A DNA stretch of 64,000 nucleotides from Myxococcota bacterium (GCA_963668655.2 CAXXPQ010000001.1:952768-1016767), one strand, 5' to 3'. Positions 17,366 through 27,077 are shown, counted from the first letter of the stretch. Notes: generated by a model from the letters alone, not told the origin. Translations and numbers: made by a program.

Positions 17366-19741
17366 GTGCCGGAAACGGACCGCATCGAAGAGGCCGTTTC
17401 GCTACGTGTTTCCGTGCGGGATCTGGTGGCCACGGCCTTGCGCGGCGGGGATCTCGTGATGGAATACCAGGGGCCGGGGCGCCGGATTCAGGGGGCCATC
17501 GGACATCGACAGCTTCAGAAAGACCGGCCGGAGGGGTATCGGGCCGAGGTGCCGCTTTCGGTCGAGCTTGAAAGAGACGGTCTGCGACTCACCGTCCAGG
17601 GCCGCGCGGACGGCCTGTTCCCGGACGAAGGGCCGCCCATGGTGGAGGAAATCAAGACCACCACCCGGAGCCCGCATACGCTGGGCGAGAACGAGCGGCC
17701 GGAACACTGGGCTCAGGCCAAGATCTACGCCTACATCTACGCCAGGGAAAACGCCCTTCCGGAAATGGCCGTGCGCTTGACCTATTACCGCATGGAGACG
17801 GGGGAACTTCGCGAATTCACGAAGTATTTCGTCATGGATGAACTGGCGGCGTTCTTCGATTTACTCGCAAGTCGCTACATCGCCCGGACGCAAAACTTAA
17901 TCGACTGGCAAAAACGGCGCGACGATTCCATCCGAGACGCGGAATTTCCACACCCGGCCTACCGCAAGGGCCAGCGGGAATTCGCCGTGGCGGTGTATCG
18001 TACGTTGGAGGCAGGGACAACGCTTACCGTCCAGGCCCCCACCGGCGTGGGAAAGACCGTGGCGGCGCTCTTTCCGGCGATGAAGGCCCTGGGGCTTGGA
18101 GTCGTGGAAAAAATCTTTTTCCTTTCGGCCAAGACCAGCGGCAAACGAGCGGCCGAGGACGCCTGCGCGCGCCTCGCCCGCTCCGGCATGCGGATGAAGA
18201 CGCTCACGCTCACGGCCAAGGAGCGTGTCTGTCCCCATCCGGAGGCTGCCTGCCACCCCGACGAATGCCCGCGCGCCCGGGGTCACTTCGACCGCGTGGA
18301 CGCCGCCATCGAACGGATGTTCGAAGAAGACGCCTGGACCCGGGAGCGCGTGGAGAGGATGGCGGAGGAATTTCAGGTCTGTCCCTTCGAGTTCTCGCTC
18401 GACCTTTCGCTATCGGCGGACCTGGTGATCGCGGACTACAATTACGTCTTCGATCCTCGGGTCTATCTGCGGCGTTTCTTCGAGGAGGAAAAAGGAGCCT
18501 ACGCCTTCCTGGTGGACGAGGCGCACAACCTGGTGGACCGCGCGCGCGGCATGTATTCGGCCGAGTTGCGCAAACAAGACGTGCTGGACCTGAAGCGCCT
18601 CGTCAAGCCCGTCTGGCCGGATGGCGCGAAACGCCTGGAAGCCCTGAACCGGGAACTGCTCCAGCTACGCAAGTACGCGGAAACGAAAGAGAAACATCGT
18701 TATTCCGATCTCACCCGGCCGGAGGCGCTCTTCGCGCCGCTGCGCCGCTTCACGGACGCGGCGGAAACCTGGCTCGGCGCGAATCGCAGCCACGAACATC
18801 GGCAGGCCGTGCTGGATTTCACCTTCCAGGCCCTGCGTTTTCAGCGGGCGGCGGAAGACTACGACGAACGTTTCGTCACCCTGTATCGTGCGTTCCGCAA
18901 CGATCTGTACGTAAAGATGGCCTGCCTGGATCCGTCGTTTTTGCTTTCGCGTCGATTGAAACAGGGCAAGGCCACGGTGTTTTTCTCCGCGACGTTGACT
19001 CCGCTTCCCTATTTTCGGCGCGTGCTGGGCGGCGATGAATCGGAGTCGTGTCTTTCCTTGCCCAGTCCCTTTCCAGAAAAGAATTTCGGGATTTTCGTCC
19101 ACGACGGCGTGGAGACCACCTGGAAACGCCGGGAGGCGCACTTCGACAACGTGGCGGAAAGTCTGGCAGCGGCCGTTTCACCGAAGCGCGGCAACTACAT
19201 CGCCTACTTTCCCTCCTACGCCTATCTGGAGGCCGTGCGCGAACGTTTCGAAAACCGCTTTCCGGACACGCGCCTGAAGATCCAGTCCCCCGGCATGGGC
19301 GAAGGCGAACGGGATGCGTTTCTTTCGGAATTCCGCGAAGATGTCGCCGAGACGCTGCTGGGATTCGCGGTGATGGGCGGCGTTTTCGGCGAAGGCGTGG
19401 ATCTTTGCGGCGAGCGGCTTTCCGGGGTGATCGTGGTGGGGGTGGGACTGCCCCAGGTGAACATGGAGCAGGAGGAAATCCGCAGGCACTTCGACGATAC
19501 CGAGTCCATGGGATTCGAGTACGCCTACCGCTATCCGGGGATGAACCGGGTGTTGCAGTCCGCCGGGCGCGTGATCCGTAGCGAGTCCGATCGAGGATTC
19601 GTTCTGCTTCTGGATCGACGTTTCACTTCTCCCGGCACGCGCACGCTTTTTCCCGCCCACTGGCGGAAAGTGGCGGTCCTTCACACCGCGTCCGTCGTCT
19701 CCGAAACCGTCCGTAAATTCTGGGAAGATCAGGAAGCGTAA
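17366..19741 (+). CDS. XPD/DinG-type Fe-S DNA helicase with N-terminal PD-(D/E)XK (RecB/Cas4-like) nuclease domain
   Basis: N-terminal motifs GRADGLF, MVEEIKTT and QAKIYAYIY give the D..ExK..QxxxY nuclease pattern. Walker A is APTGVGKT. The Cys cluster CPHPEAACHPDECP..VCPFE fits an XPD 4Fe-4S domain. Also present are DEAH-like VDEAHNL and the C-terminal helicase motif QSAGRVIR. Starts at GTG, 4 nt after the SSS stop. Confidence 0.8.
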   Translation: MPETDRIEEAVSLRVSVRDLVATALRGGDLVMEYQGPGRRIQGAIGHRQLQKDRPEGYRAEVPLSVELERDGLRLTVQGRADGLFPDEGPPMVEEIKTTTRSPHTLGENERPEHWAQAKIYAYIYARENALPEMAVRLTYYRMETGELREFTKYFVMDELAAFFDLLASRYIARTQNLIDWQKRRDDSIRDAEFPHPAYRKGQREFAVAVYRTLEAGTTLTVQAPTGVGKTVAALFPAMKALGLGVVEKIFFLSAKTSGKRAAEDACARLARSGMRMKTLTLTAKERVCPHPEAACHPDECPRARGHFDRVDAAIERMFEEDAWTRERVERMAEEFQVCPFEFSLDLSLSADLVIADYNYVFDPRVYLRRFFEEEKGAYAFLVDEAHNLVDRARGMYSAELRKQDVLDLKRLVKPVWPDGAKRLEALNRELLQLRKYAETKEKHRYSDLTRPEALFAPLRRFTDAAETWLGANRSHEHRQAVLDFTFQALRFQRAAEDYDERFVTLYRAFRNDLYVKMACLDPSFLLSRRLKQGKATVFFSATLTPLPYFRRVLGGDESESCLSLPSPFPEKNFGIFVHDGVETTWKRREAHFDNVAESLAAAVSPKRGNYIAYFPSYAYLEAVRERFENRFPDTRLKIQSPGMGEGERDAFLSEFREDVAETLLGFAVMGGVFGEGVDLCGERLSGVIVVGVGLPQVNMEQEEIRRHFDDTESMGFEYAYRYPGMNRVLQSAGRVIRSESDRGFVLLLDRRFTSPGTRTLFPAHWRKVAVLHTASVVSETVRKFWEDQEA

Positions 19742-20042
19742 GGTCGGGCTTTCGTGAAACCCAATCACGCTTTCGCAACAGAATTCAGGTCTGTGTCGAG
19801 AAGCGATGCGTGCTCATGTTTTCGGGCGATTTCGGCGTTTTCGGCCACGTTCTCCTTTTTTGAAAGAATCGGATGCGCGACACCGCTGAAATGAAGTGAC
19901 TTATGGACCAAATGCTCTATTCGAAGAAAACTTCAAATCTCTTTGATTCAAACCGATGACAGAATATGTCTCAAACATCCATTTTCCCTCCCCATCCAAC
20001 CCATTGACGGAAAGCCATCCTTTTTATCTTCGGAAATGTCGC

Positions 20043-20071
20043 TTGACATCCGAACGAAAATCGGAAATATT
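20043..20071 (+). promoter_or_regulatory. Candidate sigma70-type promoter for the Lrp/AsnC gene
   Basis: TTGACA, then 17 nt, then AATATT, in an AT-richer intergenic region about 35 nt upstream of ATG 20104. Confidence 0.4.
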
Positions 20072-20103
20072 GTGACAACTCAATCAATCCTTCGGGATAT
20101 CTC

Positions 20104-20583
20104 ATGGACCAGCTAGACCGAAAGATCCTCCGCACCCTGATGGCGAACGCGCGCACCAGCAACGCCGAACTGGCCCGGGAATGCGGCGTGGCGCCCTCCA
20201 CCATCCTGGAACGCATCCGCCGCCTGGAGGATCGCGGCGTGTTGCGCGGGTACATCGCCGAGGTGGATCCCGAGGCCCTGGGCTACACCGTCCGCGCGGT
20301 GGTGCTCGTCACCCTGGACCAGCACGAGGTGAGCTGCATCCGCACCTTCGAGGAGGAAATCCGCAGCATTCCCTTCGTGCGAAGCTGCCAGCATCTCTCC
20401 GGGCGCTTCGACTATCTGGTGCGCTTGGCCGCCCGGGACGTGAACCACCTGGGCGAACTCATCAAGGAACGCATCGCCGCCATTCCCGGCATCGGCAAGG
20501 CGGAAAGCTTCCTGGTCTTCTCGGATATCAAGATCGATCGCGGATGGCCGATGACGGACGACCCCGCCGACGGAGAACCCTGA
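20104..20583 (+). CDS. Lrp/AsnC-family transcriptional regulator
   Basis: MDQLDRKILRTLMANARTSNAELARECGVAPSTILERIRRLEDRGVL is the HTH_AsnC motif. It is followed by a RAM/AsnC_trans_reg-type C-terminal domain. Confidence 0.9.
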   Translation: MDQLDRKILRTLMANARTSNAELARECGVAPSTILERIRRLEDRGVLRGYIAEVDPEALGYTVRAVVLVTLDQHEVSCIRTFEEEIRSIPFVRSCQHLSGRFDYLVRLAARDVNHLGELIKERIAAIPGIGKAESFLVFSDIKIDRGWPMTDDPADGEP

Positions 20584-20625
20584 ACCGGCCGCGCTTCATC
20601 TCATCTACCGTCAAGGAGGAAACCC

Positions 20626-21480
20626 ATGGCGAAAAAGAAATCGATCCTGGACTTTTACCGCATGAAGGAACAGGGCGAAAAGATCGCCTACCTGACCAGC
20701 TACGACTATCCCACCGCCCAGTTCGCCGAGGCCGCAGGCATGGACATGATCCTGGTGGGCGATTCGCTGGGCATGTGCGTGTACGGCTATTCGGGAACGG
20801 TCCCGGTGGTCATGGACCAGATGATCTACCACGCCGAGGCCGTGCGCCGGGGCGCGCCCAATGTTTTCGTGGTGGGCGACATGCCCTTCATGAGCTACCA
20901 AAGCTCCCTGCAAAAAGCGGTGGAAAACGCCGGGCGCTTCATCCAGGAGGCGGGAACGGACGCCATCAAGCTGGAGGGCGGCATCCGCATGGTGCCCCAG
21001 ATCAAGGCCATCCTGGACGCGGGCATCGTGGTGATGGGTCACATCGGCCTGACACCCCAGAGCAGCGGGCAGTTGGGCGGCCACAAGGCCCAGGGTCGCA
21101 CCGCCGACAGCGCCCGGGCGGTGATCGAGGACGCCCTGGCCATCGAGGAGGCGGGCACCCACATGCTGCTTCTGGAGGCCGTGCCTCCGGAGGTGGCGGG
21201 CTTCATCCGTAAAAAGCTCCGCATTCCCGTGCTTTCCATCGGCGCTGGCTACGACGCGGACGGACAGCTTCTGATCGTCTCCGACCTCATCGGCCAGTTC
21301 CAGGCCTTCACGCCGAAATTCGTGAAGAAATACGCCAACATCGCGGAGACCATCACCGGTGCCATGCAGGCATACGTAAAGGAAGTCAAGGACCAGAGCT
21401 TCCCGAAGGACGAACATTGCTACCACATCCTTCAGGAAGAGGAAGCGAAGATCCAGGCGGTCTTCAAGGAATACGAGTAA
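20626..21480 (+). CDS. panB: 3-methyl-2-oxobutanoate hydroxymethyltransferase
   Basis: LTSYDYPTAQF, ILVGDSLGM, GDMPFMSY, KLEGG and GHIGLTPQ are PanB signatures. RBS AAGGAGGA. Confidence 0.9.
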   Translation: MAKKKSILDFYRMKEQGEKIAYLTSYDYPTAQFAEAAGMDMILVGDSLGMCVYGYSGTVPVVMDQMIYHAEAVRRGAPNVFVVGDMPFMSYQSSLQKAVENAGRFIQEAGTDAIKLEGGIRMVPQIKAILDAGIVVMGHIGLTPQSSGQLGGHKAQGRTADSARAVIEDALAIEEAGTHMLLLEAVPPEVAGFIRKKLRIPVLSIGAGYDADGQLLIVSDLIGQFQAFTPKFVKKYANIAETITGAMQAYVKEVKDQSFPKDEHCYHILQEEEAKIQAVFKEYE

Positions 21481-21530
21481 ACGCCGGTTTGCGGCGATCC
21501 GACCCCCACAAGCCAAGGAGGACGACGGCC

Positions 21531-22778
21531 ATGACCGAATTGAGGGACAAGCTGACCATCGCCGGAGAACGGCTGGACGAAATCAACGCCCTGATCGCGG
21601 ATCCGGACAATCCGGTCATCGGCGAACTGCTCGCCGTGGTGGAGCGTCACGGCGGCCCGGAGGCCATCAATAAAAAGGCCGCCGAGGCCCGTGAATTGAA
21701 CGGCCTTCTGCAACGCCTGAAAGACCAGAACTCTCCCTATCTGGCGGACCTGGAATGGTTGACGGAACAGCGCGAGAAGGGGGCCTTCGTCTCCCTGGGG
21801 GATTACCACGACAATCTGGGCACGAAGCCGTCCACGTTGAATCCCGTCACCCTGGAAATCAGCGCCCTGCAATTTTTCCCCTGGCTCGTCACCCAGGCGA
21901 AGCAGGCCATCGAAAAGCGCGAACTGATGCCCGGCCGCTATATCCGCGTGCGCAACATGGCCGAGCAGGTGGAGGACGACGGCGACACCCTGGCCGTGGC
22001 CGCCGCCATGCAGATCGTCGGGGCCAGCTACGTGGAGACGCTCGATACCAAGGGTACGGACGGCTCCAACATCCACCTGGGCGGACCGGAGACCATCACC
22101 GGGTACTTCGGCGGCGTGGGCCAGCCCAACGACTATCCCATCCGCTGGATCGACGAGTATCTGCATTATTACACGACTTACGGCGTGCGCCAGGTGCTGA
22201 ACGTCAATGCCGGAACCATCTTCGCGGCCTACATGCTGCACAAACTGGGCGTGGACAACGAGTTCAAGATCTCCGTCTACATGGGCAACGACAATCCCTT
22301 CGCCGTGCTCTGGACGCTTATGGCGGCCCGGCTCTTCAGCCGTCCGGACGGCACCACCAGCCTGATCGGCTTCAATTTCTCGAACTCCGTCAACAACGAC
22401 ACCATCCGCAAGGCCGCCGCCATCCGCAAATCCCTGGGACTGGAGAACGTGGTGCGTTTCGAGCATCACATCACGGAGACCTACAAGTCCATCGTCGTCC
22501 AGCCCTATCTCCGTCGGGAGGAATTGATCGAGGTGGCGAAGGATGTGCCCAACATTTCCGCCAAGCACGAGGGCGGCGATCCGGAGGTGGAGACCACCCG
22601 CGAGCATCCGTCCGACATCCTGAACTACTTCATCCCCAAGGCCGACATCCTGGCCCAGGGGCTGATGGGCAAGATGGAACAGAACTACCTGGACAAGCAC
22701 CAGGCGCTGAACCGCACGGCCGACGCCCTGGCCAAGGCCGGCATCGGTTTCATCGCGGCCAAGAACCTGCACGGCTGA
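21531..22778 (+). CDS. Uncharacterised 415-aa cytoplasmic protein
   Basis: Strong RBS AAGGAGGA, coding-like composition, and no TM segments. I recognise no motif. It lies between panB and an aminotransferase. Confidence 0.65.
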   Translation: MTELRDKLTIAGERLDEINALIADPDNPVIGELLAVVERHGGPEAINKKAAEARELNGLLQRLKDQNSPYLADLEWLTEQREKGAFVSLGDYHDNLGTKPSTLNPVTLEISALQFFPWLVTQAKQAIEKRELMPGRYIRVRNMAEQVEDDGDTLAVAAAMQIVGASYVETLDTKGTDGSNIHLGGPETITGYFGGVGQPNDYPIRWIDEYLHYYTTYGVRQVLNVNAGTIFAAYMLHKLGVDNEFKISVYMGNDNPFAVLWTLMAARLFSRPDGTTSLIGFNFSNSVNNDTIRKAAAIRKSLGLENVVRFEHHITETYKSIVVQPYLRREELIEVAKDVPNISAKHEGGDPEVETTREHPSDILNYFIPKADILAQGLMGKMEQNYLDKHQALNRTADALAKAGIGFIAAKNLHG

Positions 22779-22857
22779 TCCGCGTTTTTATCGGCCGGAC
22801 CGCTTCCCGCGTTTTCTTGCGGGACGGCCCGGCCGCTTTCGTTTCGGGGAAAAAGAC

Positions 22858-24072
22858 ATGAGCGACCGCTTCGAGAACCTGTACGCCCGGCGCGCCCGCA
22901 TCGCCCAACCCTCCGCCATCCGCGAAATCTGCGCCCTGGTGGAGCGCCCGGACATACGTTCCCTGGCGGGCGGCTGGCCCAGCCCGGACGTATTCCCCAA
23001 CGACGATGTGGCCGAAATCCTTCATGATGTTCTTAAAACGCATGCCGCCCACGTCCTGCAATACGGCAGCACCGAGGGCCTGCCCGCCCTGCGCGAGGAG
23101 CTTGTGGCCTTCGCAACGAAAACCATGGGCGTCCAACTGGACACCGACCGGATGCTCGTCACCCACGGATCCGCCCAGGGCATGGACTTGGCCGCTCGGG
23201 TGCTGGTGGAGCCCGGCGACGTGGTGTTCGTGGGTCTGCCCACCTATTTCGGCGGCGTGGGGGCGGTGTGCGCCTCCGGCGGGACGCCCGTGGGCATTCC
23301 CGTGGACGGGGACGGTCTGAACGTGGAGCGGCTGGAAACGGAGGCCGAACGGCTCCGCAAGGAAGGCAAGCGGATCAAGGCCGCCTACGTGATTCCCAAC
23401 TTCCAGAATCCCACAGGGGCGACGCTTTCGCTTCCGCGTCGCAAGCGCCTGGTGGAACTGGCCCGTGAGTACGATTTCATGATTCTGGAGGACGATCCTT
23501 ACGGCGATCTGCGTTTCGAGGGTGAAAATCCGCCCTCGCTGCTCGCCCTGGACGACTCGGGCCGGGTGCTCCATTTCCACAGTCTTTCCAAGACCTTCGC
23601 TCCGGGACTGCGCCTGGGATGGCTGGCCGGTGAAAAGGGCGTGGTGCGCAAGATGTCCATCGCCAAACAGTTTGTGGACGCCTGTACCAACAGCGTGGCC
23701 CAGTTCGTGGGCCTGGAGTTCATCCGCCGGGGGTTGTTTGAAAAGCGCATCAAAAGCAACATCGATTTCTATCGTAAAAAGAGGGACTTGCTGCTCTCTG
23801 AACTGGAAGAACACTTCCCGGAACCGGTGCGCTACAACCGTCCCCAGGGCGGCTTCTTCCTCTTCGTCCGCCTGCCGGAGGGCATGGACGCCGAGGAACT
23901 GCTGAAAGAGGCCGTGGAAGAGAAGGTGGTCTTCGTGGCCGGGCGGCCCTTCCACGTGGACGACAGCGGAAAGAACACCTTCCGGTTGTCCTATTCCCAG
24001 GCCTCGGACGAGAGCATCGCCTATGCGGCGGAGACGCTCGGCCGCCTGATCGCCAAGCGTCTGGAAAACTGA
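22858..24072 (+). CDS. PLP-dependent aminotransferase, class I/II (2-aminoadipate/aromatic aminotransferase-like)
   Basis: YGSTEGLPALREEL, NFQNPTG, LEDDPYGDLRF and the PLP-lysine context SLSKTFAPGLRLGW. Confidence 0.85.
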   Translation: MSDRFENLYARRARIAQPSAIREICALVERPDIRSLAGGWPSPDVFPNDDVAEILHDVLKTHAAHVLQYGSTEGLPALREELVAFATKTMGVQLDTDRMLVTHGSAQGMDLAARVLVEPGDVVFVGLPTYFGGVGAVCASGGTPVGIPVDGDGLNVERLETEAERLRKEGKRIKAAYVIPNFQNPTGATLSLPRRKRLVELAREYDFMILEDDPYGDLRFEGENPPSLLALDDSGRVLHFHSLSKTFAPGLRLGWLAGEKGVVRKMSIAKQFVDACTNSVAQFVGLEFIRRGLFEKRIKSNIDFYRKKRDLLLSELEEHFPEPVRYNRPQGGFFLFVRLPEGMDAEELLKEAVEEKVVFVAGRPFHVDDSGKNTFRLSYSQASDESIAYAAETLGRLIAKRLEN

Positions 24073-24128
24073 ACGCGGACCCGTCGGTTTTCCCCCATCC
24101 TTCTTCCCTTTTCTCGCTTCATGGTTAT

Positions 24129-24177
24129 GGGCAGATTCTGCCCGCCGAACCCGACCGACCCGGCAGATTTTGCCGGG
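24129..24177 (+). promoter_or_regulatory. Two related dyads (GGCA-N5-TGCC core), candidate enhancer-binding-protein sites
   Basis: GGGCAGATTCTGCCC (24129-24143) and CCCGGCAGATTTTGCCGGG (24159-24177). Centres are about 32 bp apart and 200-250 bp upstream of the sigma54 promoter. Neither is followed by a T-tract. Confidence 0.35.
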
Positions 24178-24375
24178 TGACGAAGCCAAAAAGCCGGGGC
24201 GTTCCAAGAGCAATTTTGACGTTTTCCAGCCGATGCCGATGGAAGCCGAGCGCTTTTGCCGGACAAGCCGAATCGTGTTCATTCCCCGACTATGGAAAAT
24301 AATCCAAGTAAAATCAACAATATACATACCGCAGAATCCGCCGGTATTTTGACGGATTTCCGCCGCCGCGGAACT

Positions 24376-24391
24376 TGGCACAATCCCTGCT
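24376..24391 (+). promoter_or_regulatory. Sigma54 (RpoN) -24/-12 promoter upstream of flgF
   Basis: TGGCAC-AATCC-CTGCT has the exact GG-N10-GC spacing and ends about 55 nt upstream of ATG 24446. Confidence 0.7.
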
Positions 24392-24445
24392 ACAGCTTCT
24401 TGTCCGGATCGAAAGCAATGACGGTTTCGAAAGGACGGAAAGACC

Positions 24446-25237
24446 ATGGGAAACGGAATATTCAGCGCGGTCAGCGGCTCGAAAGCCCAGGGAGAATATC
24501 TGGATGTCATCGCCAACAATCTGGCCAACGCCAACACGGTGGGCTACAAGGCCGACGAACTTCGTTTCGGCGAGCACATCACCAAGGCCAAGGCGGAAAC
24601 CGGCGGAACCAGCCCGATTCTGGACAACGAACCGCCGCAGGAAAGCGCCAACCTGCAAAAACGTTCTCAGATTTTCACCAAGGTTCTGGGAACGTTCACG
24701 GATTGGAGCCAGGGCGGCCTGCGCCGCACGGGCAACGACCTGGACCTGGCGCTGAAGGGCGAAGGCTTTTTCAAGATCCAGAAAGAGGGAAAAATCTTCT
24801 ACACCCGGGACGGACAGTTCAAACTGGGCGAGGACGGCCAGTTGCAGCACGCCTCCGGCGATCCGGTCCTGGATGACGGCGATTCGCCCATTCGGGTGGA
24901 AGACGGCCGCATTCGCATCGGAGAGGACGGCACCGTTTTCCAGGAAGACCGCGAGGTGGCGCGCATCGGCGTGTTCACCGTTCCCGACAAGAACGCCATG
25001 AAGAAGGCCGGTTCCAACCTGTACGAATACCAGAAGGAAAGAACCGCCCCGCCCGAGGAAGCCTCGGAAACCAAGGTGCTCCAGGGACACCTGGAACGCA
25101 GCAATATCAATCCCATTCGGGAAATGGTGAAAATGATCAACGCCAACCGCCATTTCGACACGATCAACAAGGCCATCCAGTCCTACAAGAGCATGGACGA
25201 GCGGTCCATTCGCGACGTGGCAACGTCCGGTAACTGA
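24446..25237 (+). CDS. flgF: Flagellar basal-body rod protein FlgF
   Basis: The N-terminal rod motif is LDVIANNLANANTVGYK. It has the conserved C-terminal rod domain (LERSNINPIREMVKMINANRHFD) and sits before flgG. Confidence 0.85.
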   Translation: MGNGIFSAVSGSKAQGEYLDVIANNLANANTVGYKADELRFGEHITKAKAETGGTSPILDNEPPQESANLQKRSQIFTKVLGTFTDWSQGGLRRTGNDLDLALKGEGFFKIQKEGKIFYTRDGQFKLGEDGQLQHASGDPVLDDGDSPIRVEDGRIRIGEDGTVFQEDREVARIGVFTVPDKNAMKKAGSNLYEYQKERTAPPEEASETKVLQGHLERSNINPIREMVKMINANRHFDTINKAIQSYKSMDERSIRDVATSGN

Positions 25238-25268
25238 CCCCAGGCGCCGAAAGGCATAGGAGAACGCC

Positions 25269-26054
25269 ATGATTGGAGCATTGAACACCGCCGCCACCGG
25301 CATGGAAGCCCAGCAGATCCTGATCGACATCATCGCCAACAACCTGGCCAACGTGAACACGAGCGGATTCAAGAAAAGCCGGGGAAACTTCCAGGATCTT
25401 CTGTATCGTACCGTCCGCGCCCCCGGAACCTCGGTTTCCGCCGGGTTCGAAAGCCCCACCGGGCTTCAGATCGGGCAGGGAACGCGCACGGTTTCCACCC
25501 AGAAAGTCTTCAGCCAGGGGCAGTACAAAAACACGGAAAACTCTCTGGATCTGGCCATCGAGGGCCGGGGATTCTTTCAGGTCACCAGTCCGAGCGGGGA
25601 AAGCCAGTACACCCGGGACGGTTCGTTCAAAATGGATAGTCAGGGGCAGTTGGTCACCAACGAGGGCTACTTGCTCGACCCGCCCATCAGCATTCCCCAG
25701 GACGCGGTGAGTATCACCGTGGGCGAGGACGGCACGGTCAGCGTTCAACAGGCCGGACAGACCGAGGCGGTGGAAGTGGGAACCGTCCAACTGGCCAACT
25801 TCATCAACCCCAGCGGCCTGGAGTCCATCGGACGCGGCTTCTATCGCCCCACCGGAGCCTCGGGCACGGCCCAGCAGGCGCAGCCGGGCCAGGAGGGCAT
25901 GGGCACCATCGCCCAGGGTTTTCTGGAAACCTCCAACGTCAAGGTGGTGGAGGAGATGATCGACATGATTTCCGGCCAGCGCGCCTACGAGATCAATTCC
26001 AAGGTGATCCAGACCGCCGATCAGATGTTGCGCGGCATCGCCCAGCTTCGCTAG
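25269..26054 (+). CDS. flgG: Flagellar distal rod protein FlgG
   Basis: ALNTAATGMEAQQILIDIIANNLANVNTSGFKK, and LETSNVKVVEEMIDMISGQRAYEINSKVIQTAD at the C-terminus. Confidence 0.9.
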   Translation: MIGALNTAATGMEAQQILIDIIANNLANVNTSGFKKSRGNFQDLLYRTVRAPGTSVSAGFESPTGLQIGQGTRTVSTQKVFSQGQYKNTENSLDLAIEGRGFFQVTSPSGESQYTRDGSFKMDSQGQLVTNEGYLLDPPISIPQDAVSITVGEDGTVSVQQAGQTEAVEVGTVQLANFINPSGLESIGRGFYRPTGASGTAQQAQPGQEGMGTIAQGFLETSNVKVVEEMIDMISGQRAYEINSKVIQTADQMLRGIAQLR

Positions 26055-26070
26055 GAAAGACGAGGACGCC

Positions 26071-27066
26071 ATGCGGATCGCCATCCATCTCATCGCCGTT
26101 TCGCTTCTGATTCTCGCCGGGTTTCAGGCCACGGCGGAAGAGCGGATCGGACCGGGCGGAAAAGAAGGCCGGGCTCCGGCGGGCCGGATCGAGGTGCATC
26201 CCGAAAGCACGGTGAACGCCGGCCGGATCCGCCTGGGAGAGATTGCGGATCTGGACGGATTTTCCGCCGCGCGGAAGAAAAAGCTGTCCGGACTCGTTTT
26301 GGCCAAGGCCCCCAAGCCGGGAAAAAGTCGGACGCTCTCCAGGCGTTTTCTGGAAAAGACCCTCGGCGCCCACGCCAACGGCGCCCGCCTGCGCATTCCT
26401 CCCCAGGTGGAGGTGAAGCGGGAGGCCAAAATCCTCTCTGCCGCGGAACTCCTGGAACGTTTCGAGGAGGCGGTGATCCGCGCCTCCGGTCTTCCCGCCG
26501 AACGCGTGGCGGTGCAAAGCCTGAACCGGGAAGAGGATCTTCTGATTCCCGTGGAAAGCGGCGGGATTTCCATCGATTTTCCCGCCGGAACGGAGTTTTA
26601 CGGACGCACTACGGGCCGGGTGTCGGTGTCGGCCGACGGCCGGGAACAACATCATTTTTACCTCACCGGCGAAATCGAGATCACGGAAGACGTGCTGAAG
26701 GCCGCCCGCGATCTGGAACGGGGTGAGGCGCTCACCGAGGCCGACTGGATCGTGGAGCCCATGACCTTCACCCGCGCCGCCCGAAACCATTATACCTCGC
26801 CGGATGAAATCGCCGGAAAGGTGGCCCGCCAGACCATCCGTCGGGGAGCGGTGCTTTCGTCCCGAAATCTGGAGGAACCGGTGCTGGTGGAACGCAACGC
26901 CCTGGTGCGCATCGTAGCCGAATGGCCGGGTCTGCGCGCGGAAACCCAGGGCGTGGCCCAGCAGTCCGGCCGCCGGGGAGAAGTCATCAAGGTGCTCAAC
27001 ACCGGCAGCGGAAAGGCGGTCTACGGCGTGGTCCGTTCCGCCGACGAAGTTCACGTAAGGATGTGA
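26071..27066 (+). CDS. flgA: Flagellar P-ring assembly chaperone FlgA
   Basis: It has a signal peptide and a C-terminal SAF-like segment (RRGAVLSSRNLEEPVLVERNALVRIV). It sits between flgG and flgH. Confidence 0.75.
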   Translation: MRIAIHLIAVSLLILAGFQATAEERIGPGGKEGRAPAGRIEVHPESTVNAGRIRLGEIADLDGFSAARKKKLSGLVLAKAPKPGKSRTLSRRFLEKTLGAHANGARLRIPPQVEVKREAKILSAAELLERFEEAVIRASGLPAERVAVQSLNREEDLLIPVESGGISIDFPAGTEFYGRTTGRVSVSADGREQHHFYLTGEIEITEDVLKAARDLERGEALTEADWIVEPMTFTRAARNHYTSPDEIAGKVARQTIRRGAVLSSRNLEEPVLVERNALVRIVAEWPGLRAETQGVAQQSGRRGEVIKVLNTGSGKAVYGVVRSADEVHVRM

Positions 27067-27077
27067 GGCGACGAGCC

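Noticed and set aside
24129-24177. The two GC-rich hairpins after the aminotransferase gene as intrinsic terminators.
   Set aside because: Neither stem is followed by a T-tract. Their shared sequence and three-turn spacing fit protein-binding dyads better. Some RNA-level role cannot be excluded.
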